From: Octopus sinensis
Taxonomy: Eukaryota
Direction: 5' to 3'
NCBI RefSeq assembly: GCF_006345805.1
Contig: NW_021834696.1
Span: 1 to 45,867, forward strand
Length of the DNA: 45,867 nt
The first letter of the stretch is position 1, and each line of letters starts with the position of its first letter. A program made the translations under genes and the position numbers. Shown here one piece after another: positions 22,997-35,740 of the stretch. The notes beneath the pieces are model-generated. The model was not told the origin of the DNA, did not search any database, and saw nothing but the letters and a program-made list of their open reading frames with translations.

Positions 22997-24078
22997 TATA
23001 TATATATATACCTTATAGCGGAAACCATTTAAGATTTTGTAATGAAAGAGACGTACCAAAGTTACTAGACTGTCTTCTTTATTCCTGCATAAGACCTTCA
23101 GTTGAGTTCTTGAAACAAACATTGATAAATTCATTGCGTGGGAATCGGATAAGTATTTCTAACTGATAAATTAATTCCAATTTATATCGCGACATTAGAA
23201 TGACGTCACAATCACATGACATGTCTGCAGATGCTTCAGTATTTAGAGGCTTAACGGAAAATACACGACCACACCATATCAGCTTCGAAACACTTGCTTG
23301 ACAAAGGTTCTGTTTTGAGGAAAGATTAATCTACGAATAGATGCCATTTGTTGTTATGCCAGAATATGCTTCATTATAGATTTTTTTACCAGTCTTAGAT
23401 ATAAATTTCACCAGGGTTACATAATTTTAACTGGTTTGTGTGAAATGTTTCTTGGATAAGTATAATAATTGGTAAATATAGATTTTTTTCTAATAATTTC
23501 TTAAAGGTTCGCTCATATTTCTTTCATAAGATTTTTTTTTTATTCTTCACTAACCAAAAGCGTTATGAGCAATTTAATTTTTTATTATTTTTATTTTTTT
23601 CATATTTTTGGCAGTCAAGTTTAATATCATCTGCAAATATACACTGAACGAAATCAATTAGATTACCTACACAGAGAAAACGCTGACACTAACTTGGCAA
23701 TGTTCCAAACTCTTTGTAGTCTATGACGGAAGGAAGGAAGAAACCAAACATTTTATATGAAATATGGTATTCTGTTGTCATAAACTAACATTCACACGAA
23801 GGAGAGAAAGAAAAATATTGCAATCACTCAACACCATTTCATATCTATATTTCACTCCGTACCACTGTACCAGCCATCTAAACTACGTTACATTTTAAAC
23901 ACACGCGCGGGCGCAAACACACACACACACATGCTAAGTACATTTATATATGTTCCTCTATATTGAATCAAAACAAAACCATGAGATTATTACAAAATCT
24001 TAAGTATGTTGCAACCTAAGACGTAACACATCAACACATGATATGCATAAAACGTTGTAACGCAGAAATGCATATATA

Positions 24079-24265
24079 GGCGTAGGAGTGGCTGTGTAGT
24101 AAGTAGCTTGCTTACGAACCATATGGTTCCGGGTTCAGTCCCACTGCGTGGCAACTTGGGCAAGTGTCTTCTACAATAGCCTCGGGCTGACCAAAATTTT
24201 TTGACTAGATTTGGTAGACGAAACTGAAAGAAGCCCGTCGTATATATATATGAATATATACATAT

Positions 24266-24311
<46 letters not shown>

Positions 24312-24585
24312 ATGTATGTATGTATGTATGTATGTATGTATGTATGTATGTATGTATGTATGTGTGTGTATATATGTTTGTGTGTCTGTGTTTGTCCCGC
24401 CAACATCGCTTGACAACCGATGCTGGTGTGTTTAAGTCACCATAACTTAGCGGTTCGTTAAAAGAGACCGATAGAATAAGTACTAGGCTTACAAAGAATA
24501 AGTCCTGGGGTCGATTTGCTCGACTAAAGGTGGTGCTCCAGCATGGCCTCAGTGAAATGACTGAAACAAGTAAAAGAGTAAAAGA
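24079..24585 (+). mobile_element. SINE family B, full length with expanded internal microsatellite
   Basis: Head, long (TA)/(TATG) core, tail. Confidence 0.92.
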
Positions 24586-25049
24586 ATAATATGCAGAATT
24601 ATTCAATGTGTAAGACAAGGCGGTGAATCGTTCAAATCCTGGCGAGATTAAATTTGTTACCCATGACTTCAGGCCCGATAGCTTTATTCACTGGCCTTTC
24701 CTATCTTTATTATATGAAAGAACTCGTTTGTGTCTAGATCTGGATCGAAATGGGTTCTGACGTGTTTAAATTCCCAAGACATACCATACGTCACCAAATG
24801 TTGAGGGTGCTTGAAGGGAAAACAATATATGATATAATATATTTATAAAAAGTGTAGGTGGCATACGAGTGGGTATATATTTATAAAACAGAAGTTTGAA
24901 AACGCCACTATATAAGATAAATTTTAATTTTCTTAGAGATTTTACATGAAAAAACGAACCTTATCAAAAATATTTTAAAAAGTTAAGTGTAATAAAAAGT
25001 TCATAATTGTTTCTTACTAGTCTCAACAGAGTCCACGTGGTTCTGTTTT

Positions 25050-25335
25050 GTTGGGGGGGGGGGGGAATATTGGCTGTCTTGTGCGTTGACTAGAATCGTT
25101 GGCTGTAATCGTGAAAGTGACCGTTGGTCGTAATAGCCGTAATATAATATACTATTGGTTCCCACTTCAAAATCGACATTATCAATTTCATTCTCGTCAA
25201 CGTCAATCGCACATTCGTCATCGTCAGCCTCAGTTTCATTATTGTCAGTCGCGATTACGTTGTCAATTTTGATTTCGTCATCGTCAACATAGATGTCGTC
25301 AACGTTGCTTAGACTAATATCAATTTATTTATCCA
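25050..25335 (-). pseudogene. Acidic (D/E/N-rich) reading-frame relic, possibly a transposase N-terminus
   Basis: MDK*IDISLSNVDDIYVDDDEIKIDNVIATDNNETEADDDECAIDVDENEIDNVDFE...; no diagnostic motif. Confidence 0.3.
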
Positions 25336-25622
25336 TTTATTTGTTTTAGGAACAGACATTGACATCAGCGACTATCTGTCGCGGAATTGTGAAAGAATGT
25401 AAAAATTAAGGTATTTCGTAAAGGATTACAACTTTTGTGTAATAGAAATTATCGCACCTTACATTACCGTAAATATACACACGTACATTTGGCACATCAC
25501 ATGTAAAACCATATACCATATACATATACAATACGGCAAAGACAAAAATAAATAGTATCAGTTTAGCCTCTTATTCATTATCTCATTACCTCCATTTCTT
25601 AACTCCATTTCTAACTCTTGTA

Positions 25623-25674
<52 letters not shown>

Positions 25675-25825
25675 GTTGAAAAAAGATTATATATAGATAT
25701 ATATTATAAAAAGATAATATAGTGTTCAAAATCTAATTTTTACATATAAAAGATCGAGGTGGAAATAGCACAGACATGTTCTTGACTCTCAGACAGAAAT
25801 TTAAAATTTTTTATTAATTTTTACT

Positions 25826-25865
25826 GATATTTGATAAGATAAGATTAATCGAAACCGGTGATATC
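25826..25865 (+). ncRNA. Hammerhead-like motif (U3-A8 core, G at position 17) inside a 20-bp inverted repeat
   Basis: GATAT-TTGATAA-GAT AAGATTA ATC-GAAA-CCGG-TG-ATATC; IR GAGGTGGAAATAGCACAGAC at 25756-25775 and 25933-25952. Confidence 0.6.
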
Positions 25866-25999
25866 TTCTTTATATAATTTTAGAAAGTCATTTTATTAAA
25901 TTCTTTCTTAAATTGAAATGTCTTAAACTTACGTCTGTGCTATTTCCACCTCCATGTGTCATATATGTATGTGTGTGTATAAATATATATATATACAGA

Positions 26000-26455
26000 C
26001 ATACAGGAAGTAAATAGATATCATTAATTTTCAAAATCTTTTATTTAATACGCAAAGCGAACAATTGAAATGTAATCGATAGGTAGGACTACGTACTTTA
26101 GTATTTAGTTGACATTCCCTTTGCAGTTTTTAATTCAGAAAATCTTTCTGGCATTGAACTGATGAGCTTTGTGGTTGTCTCTTGTGGAATTTCTGCCCAC
26201 TTTTCACGCAACAATAGAAACAATTCATCTTTGGATTCAGGTTTCTGTCAAGTTTTTCGTAGAGCTCTATCTAGTATGCTCCAAAGATTTACAGTTAGGT
26301 TCATGTCAGGAGATTGGCTCGGCAAAAGAATCTTTTTGATCCCATTTTCTGTCAACCATTGTTGATTCCTTTTCGCTGTGTGGCATGGAGCCCCATCTTC
26401 CATGAATGAAAACTCATTGTATCCCTGCCGTAAGGCTTTACTTCCACACACACCA
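26000..26455 (-). mobile_element. Tc1 (DD34E) transposase 3' relic
   Basis: FMEDGAPCHTA...PSQSPDMNLTVNLWSILDR; 34 residues between D and the E position (mutated to V). Confidence 0.8.
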
Positions 26456-26794
26456 GCTTAATTTAATTCATTCCCAGTCGAAAGAGACCTGTTGTTATGT
26501 CCTGTTATTTGTATTTGTGTAACCTTCTCTGTTTTTTTCTGTCCTTGTTATCGTATACATTCGCTGCTTTCTTCCAAGGAATTTAATGCTCTTAGCTTAG
26601 TTTTTCCTAAGGGCTGGCCAGATTGGAGCAATCCCGAGTATAACCAGCCAAAATTTCAAAGATAATCTTGAACTCGACTGCGGAAAGAAAACTCCAAATG
26701 ACCCGTCCTTGTTTTCTTTGTATCGTCTATCTGAAAGTTTTGTTGTCCCTTTTTTGTATCACCTAACTGTCTGGATGTTTTGCATTCTTGTCCC

Positions 26795-26858
<64 letters not shown>

Positions 26859-26902
26859 ATATAATATACATATATATATATACATATATATATATATGCA
26901 TG

Positions 26903-27059
26903 GGCGTGGCTATGTGGTAATAAGCTTGCTTCCCAACCACATAGTTCCGGGTTCAGTCCCGCTACGTGGAACCTTGGGCAAGTGTCTTCTACTATAGCCT
27001 CGGGCGACCGGAGCCATGTGAGTGGATTTGATAGACGGAAACTGAAAGAAGCCAGTCGT
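26903..27059 (+). mobile_element. SINE family B 5' half
   Basis: Head with GCTTGCTTCCCAACCAC, uninterrupted at the E1/E2 insertion site. Confidence 0.85.
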
Positions 27060-27064
27060 ATATA

Positions 27065-27099
<35 letters not shown>

Positions 27100-27202
27100 C
27101 TATAGTATATATATATATGCACATTTCAAAATGTAACTAACGTGTGAATCGTTGGCAATTTTTTCCTCCATCTTCCCTTCTTTTGGACTATTCCATCTAT
27201 TC

Positions 27203-27229
27203 CTGAAAAAGAGCTTTGCTCGAAACGTT
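27203..27229 (+). other. Degenerate hammerhead-like motif
   Basis: CTGAAAA-A GAGC TTT GCTC-GAAA-CG-TT; G8 lost, stem I not evident. Confidence 0.45.
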
Positions 27230-28413
27230 AAATCCTCTTTCTTTCCTTGCTGGAGCGTCTGTACCTGTACCACGTCCTCGCGTTGTTGTTTTTTCATGTT
27301 TGTTCTTCTTTTCAGTCTCTGTTGCAGCCGCCCATGTCACGTCTTACAGCCTTTACAGTGTTTACAGAGAGCAATGAGCTACAGTCATGAGGTCGGTATT
27401 TTCATACTCAGCGCGAATCATCATGATATAGGTAATTGTTTTCCAATATTCAGATGGATTTCAGTCCTCCATGTCAGCTAATTTTTTCTCAACTACAGCT
27501 TTAAAGTTTATGCTCTCCAACACAACACCCTTGCCTGTTCATCAATATATCCACCTGTTCCTAAAAAAAAAAGGAGAATAAAGATTTCCAAATATGCTGT
27601 ATGTTTATACATGTGTGAGTGTTGCGTGTATGTATAATTTAAACTAAAAGGGATCTATGAGAAATAAGTGAGTGTGAAGAATGGCTCATACCAATAAATT
27701 CCGAATTTAATGAAGTTTCGTGTCTGAGTCAGAGTCATGAGACAAAAGCTTAACAGCAGTTGTAAGGATCTCTAACGGAAGAGGTGGCAATAATATCATG
27801 ATCGATAATAATTCCAAGGGTGGATTTACATGCTTGTGAAATTGCAGCCTGATCTTTGTTTGCAGGCAAAGGAAGAAAAAAAAACTATGGACATATGTCC
27901 CAGTGTAATTTATGACCTTGTCAGCATTGTTACCATTGTACAGTCTTACCATGCCTGCACATAACGCTTGTTTTTTTATGTATTTACATAAAGAAAAGTA
28001 TTTATAATCTAAATTATTCCCAGCGAAAAATAGCAAGCTCCTTTTCTTGTAAGTAAAAATATAAACAAAATAAAAAAGGAAATTACTTGCGGGTATTGAT
28101 GAGATCATAAATTAGTCTGAGCAGTATTTCCATAGTTATTTTCCATAGTTATCCTTTGCTTACAAACAAATATCTGACTATACTTTGAACAAGGAAATAA
28201 ATCCATTTAAAGAATTACTTTTTGATTTGTTGAAGTTATCTCTTTCTTTCCTTCTGAGTTATTACAACCGAGGTTACGTTTTGTCAATCCATTCACATGG
28301 GTTTGGTCGGCCTGGGACTTTAGGAGAAGACACTTGCCTAAGATGCAACTCAATGGGATTGAACCCGAAACCATGCCTGCTCTTCTCTCTCTCTCTCAAT
28401 CTCTCTCTATCCC

Positions 28414-28481
<68 letters not shown>

Positions 28482-28520
28482 ATACACATATATATATATA
28501 TATGCATATATCTATGTATC

Positions 28521-28556
<36 letters not shown>

Positions 28557-28675
28557 TGTATGTATGTTTGTATGTATATATATATATGTATATATATATA
28601 TATAATATATATATAATATATATATATATACAATTTAAAAATAGGATAAAATCTAAGAATTTATCAAGTAGTTAG

Positions 28676-28706
28676 CGTTTCGAGCCTACGCTCTTCCACA
28701 GAAAGG
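28676..28706 (-). other. Degenerate hammerhead-like motif (CTGTGGA core)
   Basis: CCTTT-CTGTGGA-A GAGC GTAG GCTC-GAAA-CG; same family as 41204-41238. Confidence 0.5.
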
Positions 28707-28763
28707 AACACAGAAAGAAACAAGGAGAGAAAATAAAGAATGTGTAGTGTCTAGCGATCTATC

Positions 28764-28831
<68 letters not shown>

Positions 28832-28950
28832 GGATGTATTATTACCGTTATTAATGGTATTAATAAGGTAATAATAAGGTGACCAGCAAGTGCACACCGT
28901 TACAGCCACAAGATAAGGCAAATTTAGATTCAGTAGGGTATATAATACTA

Positions 28951-29449
28951 CTTGTTGAAATCAGAGCCAAGGCTCCAAAACCACCATAAGGTCACAATAA
29001 AGATACACACGAGCAATGCAATGAACATATGAGAAATAGGCTTATCTTTGCGTTGAATACATCAGTGAGTAATCTATATTTCAATACCAATTGATTTCAC
29101 CCTCTGTATAACCAACATACTCTGGGATCTTCCGTTGAAAATAACATTTTAACATATATTTCTAAAATGTTCACTACATTAGCTCGTGTACGTTTAAAGT
29201 AAGGAACGCACACGAGCTAATGAAGTGAATGTTTTAGAAAGAGATGTTAAAAATGTTATTTTCGGTTGAAGTTCCTAGAGTATGTTGGTTATACAGAAGG
29301 TGAAATCAATTGCTATTGAAATATGCATTACTTACTGATGTATTCAACGCAAAGGTAAGCCTATTTCTAATGTGTTCATTGCATTGTTCGTGTGTACCTT
29401 TATTGTGAGTTTATGGTGATTTTGGAGTCTTGGTTCCGATTTTAGCAAG
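28951..29449. repeat. ~500-bp imperfect palindrome (arms ~244 bp, 10-nt loop at 29195-29204)
   Basis: The left arm matches the reverse complement of the right arm throughout, e.g. TTTGCGTTGAATACATCAGT / ACTGATGTATTCAACGCAAA. Confidence 0.9.
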
Positions 29450-29450
29450 T

Positions 29451-30250
29451 GGCGTAGTGACGCTGATAAGGAAAGACGAAAACCAGAAGGACACACTAGA
29501 TTACTTCAGGCCCATAACCCTTAGCTTGGCAGTGCTATCGAGGGTCACTGCCGGTTCGAGATAAACTCTACAGGCAAGGAAGTGCTGTCAGACAGACCTG
29601 CCGAGATGCAATCAGAGCGACGAAACGGTTCTGCACGCACTCGTCCATTGTTCTTGCATTACTGACTTGTGCAGTTATGTTGAACAGCTGTTACCACGAG
29701 TAGGACGGATCCGGCTATCGGCCGAGTCCAGAGTGAAGATCGATCTGCCGCCTTCCATCGGTCCGGAAGAGCAAGCAATTTTCCTCTGTCTGTTAGCAGT
29801 AGCGAAAGAGTTTGTATGGTGGACCAGATTGAAAGAACTGAAGACGGACTCTTTTCTCTTCGGCCAATCCCTCATTAACTGTTTCAAATTTCATTTGGGA
29901 AGGAAGATGAGGGTAGAGGGAGAAGTACATTTGCTACAAGGTGGGTGAATGTAGCGAAAATGGCCCGTGTGAGTGAACCTACTGTAATAATGCGTTTGTA
30001 GGCTAGAGAGTGAGAAGGGTGTCCTTCCCGGATACCCTCGAAGCGTCGGGTGGTTCAGTATTGGTGAGGAGCCTGAGCCAACTCCAGACGGTTATCCCAC
30101 CCTATTGGCGAACTTTCAATATTATATTCTTTCTCTTTGATATCATCGCTATTGTTTTAATAGTGTACTCGTTTTGTGCAAAATCCCCGCTGTCCATATC
30201 TGCTGTATTGTCCCCTATATGTCGGCTCTGGTGGCCAATAAATGAAATAA
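29451..30250 (+). mobile_element. Tx1/L1-clade LINE ORF2 relic with a large internal deletion and intact 3' UTR
   Basis: GVVTLIRKDENQKDTLDYFRPITL (start of RT) fused at ~29522 to AWQCYRGSLPVRDKL...C-PRC...ETVLHALVHC (C-terminal zinc-binding region); ends GGCCAATAAATGAAATAA. Confidence 0.8.
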
Positions 30251-30274
30251 TAATAGTAATAAGAATTTTTTGTA

Positions 30275-30807
30275 CTCTAGGCACAAGGCCCGAAATTTGT
30301 GGGGAGGGGGGCCAGTCGATTAGATCGATCCCAGTACACAACTGGTACTTAATCTATCGACCCCGAAAGGATGTAAGGCAAAGTCGAGCTCGGCGGAATT
30401 TGAACTCAGAACGTAAGGACAGACAAAATACCTATTTCTTCACTACCCACAAGGGGCTAAACACAGAGAGGACAAACAAGGACAGACAAACGGATTAAGT
30501 CAATTATATCGACCCCGAGAAGATGAAAGGCAAAGTCGACCTCGGCAGAATTCGAACTCAGAACGCAGCGGCGGACGAAATACCTATTTCTTTACAACCC
30601 ACAAGGGGCTAAACATAGAGGGGACAAACAATGAGAGACAAAGGATTAAGTTGATTACATCGACCCCAGTGCGTAACTCGTACTTAATTTATCGACCCCG
30701 AAAGGATGAAAGGCAAAGTCGACCTCGGCGGAATTTGAACTCAGAACGTAGCGGCAGACGAAATACCGCAAAGCATTTCGCCCGGCGTGCTAACGTTTCT
30801 GCCAGCT
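30275..30807 (-). mobile_element. SINE family A multimer
   Basis: Repeated bodies joined at rc GAAATAGGTATTT. Confidence 0.85.
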
Positions 30808-31099
30808 ATTATTAATAGTAGTAGTAGTAGTGGTGGTGGTGGTGAGAGTAGTTTCTAACTTTGGCACACGTTTTCATATTTAGAGAGAAGAGCACAGACG
30901 AGTGATTGAAGCTCAGTATTGCAATCAAAGAACAGCAAAATTTCTGCTAAATAAGTATTTGTTAATTATTGATCAAACTCTGGATGTAAATAGACATTAA
31001 TTTAGTTGATTACTTCTACCTAACTCCCCCATCACAACTCCACTCCATCACATCAGACGCACTCGCTCACATACACACACACACACACGCACATATACT

Positions 31100-31283
31100 G
31101 GTTATCACTACCACCATCACTATCCATCATCATCACCACCACCACCATCGCCACCAGCACCACCAGCACCACCACCACCACCACCGCTACAGCTACTTAC
31201 AGCATCGCATTGTTCATGATAGCCAGACACCGATACATCCTCTCACCGTACCATTATCGATGTCATAACTACTACTACTACTA

Positions 31284-31328
<45 letters not shown>

Positions 31329-31346
31329 CACCACCACCACCACCAG

Positions 31347-31388
<42 letters not shown>

Positions 31389-31488
31389 AACCACCACTAC
31401 CACCACCGCGACCATCACCACTACCGCCGCCGTAGCCCCACTACGACTACTACAACTTCCACCACAACACCATCACCACTACCTCAAT

Positions 31489-31570
<82 letters not shown>
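31100..31570. repeat. (ACT)n/(ACC)n/(ACG)n trinucleotide field
   Basis: Direct reading; source of the poly-T/Y/D ORF. Confidence 0.92.
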
Positions 31571-31571
<1 letters not shown>

Positions 31572-32129
31572 ACCATCATCACAGACAATTTAGAAAACGA
31601 CCATTCCCACCCTATTCCAACAACCGTCATATTCTCGCATTCACTGTAGGTCATGTAAACTTGTGACGCCAATTTGGACCCTGGCCAGACCTCGAAGAGA
31701 ACACACACACACACACGGACACACATACACACACACATTCACACACACGCATTCACACACATGCGTACACAGACTTACAAAATATATTCATGTACATACA
31801 CGCACACATATTCATAAAGACATACATATGTATACATAAATACACACGTATGTATTCATAAATACACATATATGAATACATACATACACTCATAAACTTG
31901 GTGACATGTATGTGCACACTGATAATGCACAGACGTAGATCATTTGTTAAGAAGCAGACGACAAATCTCTGTTATGTAGGTGTTCTATACGGCTTCATGT
32001 CGACAAAAGCTTTTTATACATTATCAGGCTAGCATCTATTCGGTTCTTATATTTCATGGCACAATACCATACCTATGAATGTTGACAGGATATATTGGAG
32101 CTGATCTTGCGTATGGTTTAGTATCATGG

Positions 32130-32360
32130 AAGCAGGTTTGACAACGATGCAGCGATGTGTTACTTTATAGAGAGACTGTTCCAAGCAATTAAAGTGACAA
32201 ACGCCCAGGTCCTTAGACGAGGTAAGACAAACAGAACGTCTCTAAACAGCATAAGACGATAAGAGACTAAGTTCATTCGTCACTGTATGAGAAGAAATAA
32301 CTTTGAGAACTCATTGATAACCGGAAAAGTAAAAGGAAGAAATTAGGGACGACACAGATA
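32130..32360 (+). pseudogene. RTE-clade LINE ORF2 C-terminal relic
   Basis: KVTNAQVLRR...RLKFIRHCMRRNNFENSLITGKVKG resembles the RTE C-terminus (TNEEVL...LxFxGHxMR...GKIEGKRxRGR). Confidence 0.6.
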
Positions 32361-32361
32361 A

Positions 32362-34976
32362 CACTGGACAACAAATATTTTGTTACTGGGGTAAAAGCAT
32401 GTGTTTTAGACTAAATCAAGGATACTGATTTCAAATCCATACTCAGAATTGTCCTAGCATGTCAGGATTTTGAGTTATGCGCATGCGAAAAATTATAACT
32501 ATACTTTCGGCTAGATATAGTCCATATTATACAATTTTCTAAAAAGAAAGTGGTCTTAATTCAAAATTAAAGAAATAACAGCAATGAAACAAACGACGAG
32601 AATGTCCATTATTTAGTTTAGCAATAGATGGCGCTGACGTATTCTGTGTAATGCCTAATACGTCAATTTGTTCTTATTTCTTATTTCTTTATTGCCCACA
32701 AGGGGCTAATCATAGAGGGGACAAACAATGAGAGACAAAGGATTAAGTCGATTACATCGACCCCAGTGCGTAACTGGTACTTAATTTATCGACCCCGAAA
32801 GGATAAAAGGCAAAGTCGACCTCGGCGGAATTTGAACTCAGAACGTAGCGGTAGACGAAATACGGCTAAGCATTTCGCCCGGCGTGCTATCGTTTTTGCC
32901 AGCTCACCGCCTTGGTAACTCTCAGTGTCGTTTGCGCTGCCGTCACGTGTGGTATCTCTCGCTCTGCGTGATTACTGTTTTAACTGTGTTCACTGTATTA
33001 GATCATGAATAGGAGCAGCTGTGTGAATCACCCAGACAACTTTTGTTATGTCTGTGGAAAATTTGCTACGCGTCACCGGCGGAAGAACTTTGCCACCAAA
33101 TTTTTAAAAATGCCTCCAAATATTATGTTGGGTGTAAAGTTGGGGACCAAGACAAGAGGTGGACACCTCATATATGCTACACCATGTGTTACTCAGGACT
33201 TACACTGTGGCTGAATGGAAAACGGAAGGGAATGCTTTTTGCTGTACCAATGGTGTGGCGTGAGCCAACCAATCATGTCTCTGATTGTTACTTTTGCATG
33301 ACTAATATTAGTGGTTTCTCAAAGAAGACCAAAGCAAAAATTGTATATGCAAATTGTGAGTTGACTCTAAAACCGGTCCCACATGACTTGAGAACTCTGT
33401 CCCAGTTCCCATCTCACATGATTGACTTGAAGACTTTGACGCGTCGCACGATGGATCCCCGCTGATTCTCCTGTACGATGGATCCCCGCTGATTCTCAAG
33501 TACGAAGAGTACGTACTTGATTCTAAGAAAAATGAGCCACGCTTGTTTAAACAAGAAGATTTGAACGATTTAGTAAGAGACCTAGCATTGTCTAAGGAGA
33601 AGGCAAAAGTTTTGGGATCCAGGCTACAGCAAGGTACAAAAATTTCCATTTTCCGTTCTCGCCATGATGGCTTATCTGTCCTTTTCAAGTAAGAAAATAA
33701 TGCTTATTTCTGTACTGACCAATAAACTTGGACGCGTGCATGGGGCTAACGAATGGAGAATGTTTATAGACTCGAGTAAGGTTAGTCTCAAAGTTGTGTT
33801 GTTACATAATGGTAATGAAAAAGTTTCCATTCCTGTGCGTCATGTTGTCCGTATGGAAGAAACTTATGAATCGATGGAACTCATTCTACAAGGTTTTAAT
33901 TACTCAGTTCATAAGTGGAATATTTGTGGTGATTTAAAGGTGATTTCCCTCCTCCTAAGACTTCAGCAGGGATATACCAAAAATAAGTGATTCTTGTGTG
34001 TTTGGAACAGCAGTGACGACAGCAATATTACACTGTAAAAGACTGGCCTAAAAGAGAAGAGCGCATAGTTGGTAGATACAATGTGCAGCATATGCTACTG
34101 GTAGACCCGCAAAAGATCTTCCTGTAACCCCTTCACCTCAACTAATTAACTAACTAACCTCAAACTTGGCCTCATGAAAAACTTCGTAAAAGCAATGAAA
34201 TACGATGGTTGTGGCTTCTAGTACCTAAAAATAAAATTTGATGCAGAGAAAAGTGACATAAAACTGAAAGCAGGCATTTTCATTGGACCTGCGATCAGAG
34301 AATTGGTATCTGGTAGCAAATTAGGAGGAAACTGAATCTAGTTGAGCTAACGGCATGGGATTCATTCGTATTAGTTGTACAGAACTTTCTTGGAAATCAC
34401 AGAGTTGAAAACTATGCTGATTTAATAAGCAACATGCTAACAGCTTATGAAAGAATGGGATGCCGAATGTCCCTTAAAATGCAATAACTTGTATTCTCAT
34501 CTCGATTCTTTTCCAACGAATCTTGGTGCCGTTAGTGATGAGTATGGTAAGATGTTCCACCAGGACATAATTAAGATGGAAACGAGGTATCAAGGCCGGT
34601 TCAGTCCACACATGATGGCTAACTACTGCTGGTTCCTACAACAGGAGACCAGCACGACGCATATGCACAAGAGCGAATGTCTCAAACATTTCTGAGCTAA
34701 GCATATCAAAAATAAAGTATTCCCTTAACAAAAATATATACCATTAAATTACAATACTATTTGTCTTGAACATAAATATACTGTATACTGTACTAATATA
34801 CTATCATAATAAATATTTAGCTTGAACTATTCCTGATTCTAATATAGTATCAATATATAATTATGTGCATAACTCAAGATGCTGACGTGCTACAGCAATT
34901 CTGAGTTCAGATTCGGAATCAGCGTATTCGATTTAGTTTAGTAGCAGATAATAAATTTGTTTGTTGTTGTCCAATG
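32362..34976 (+). mobile_element. Chapaev-like (Chapaev3-type) DNA transposon, decayed
   Basis: Termini CACTGGACAACAA and rc CATTGGACAACAA with subterminal inverted similarity (ACTCAGAATTG...TAGCA.GTCAG); transposase fragments at 33005-34695: HPDNFCYVCG, VPMVWREPTNHVSDCYFC, FIDSSKVSLK, GDLKV, SDEYGKMFHQD, YQGR, YCW. Matching TSD not seen. Confidence 0.75.
32672..32911 (-). mobile_element. SINE family A inside the Chapaev-like 5' region
   Basis: Full monomer with (rc AATAAGA)n tail. Confidence 0.9.
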
Positions 34977-35229
34977 ATGGCCTTAATACCGAGTTTCAGA
35001 AAGATTGTCTCAGTGACAAACTTGGTTGTGGGTGGAGTGAGTAGAGATCCAGGCTCATTGATATTCTGGAGGTATGGCACATAAAGTTAGATTGGTGTTA
35101 GTGAGTTTTGCCGTTTGAGATTTACGAAGCATAGTAAAGAATACTGCACTGTGATAATGGTTGTTAGTTATTCGGTTTATTGTACGACGCCGACACCCTC
35201 TTTTCAGCTCTTGTATAGAAACTGATCTA

Positions 35230-35740
35230 TCTTTTATCTTTTACATGTTTCAGTCATTCGGTGGGGCCATTCTGGAGTACTGCCTTGAAGGGTTTCGTCG
35301 AACAAATCGACCTCACTACTCATTAAGGAAAAAAAATCTCTAGTACTGATTCTATCGTTTTCTTTTTGTGGAGGCGTCAAATTTCGGGGATGTAAACAAA
35401 CAAGAACCGGTTGTCGACACACACGCACATACACACACACACACACACACTTACACACACACACACACACATACACACACACGCGCACACGCACGCACAC
35501 ACACACGCACACACACGCGCACACACACACATACACATACACACACACATACACACACGCACACATACACACACTAGCACAGATATACGATGGGGTTTCT
35601 TTCAGTTTGCGTTTACCAAATCGACTCGCAAGACTTCGATCAGCCTGAGGTTATAGCAGAAAATACTTGTACAAGGCTGAAATCAAAACCATGTTGTTGA
35701 GAAGTAAACTCCTTACCACAGGGCCACGGCTGCACCTCAA
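35230..35740 (-). mobile_element. Diverged SINE family B with internal (CA)n
   Basis: TTTCAGTCATT...GATGTAAAC and TTTCTTTCAGTTTGCGT...CCACGGCTGCACC. Confidence 0.7.

Noticed and set aside
26678-26712. Hammerhead-like CTGCGGAAAGAAAACTCCAAATGACCCGTC
   Set aside because: Core and GAAA both altered and stem I does not pair.
31210-31593. Poly-T/Y/D ORF, and the poly-P/V ORFs at 41914-42400, as host exons
   Set aside because: Trinucleotide low complexity with no splice or domain support.
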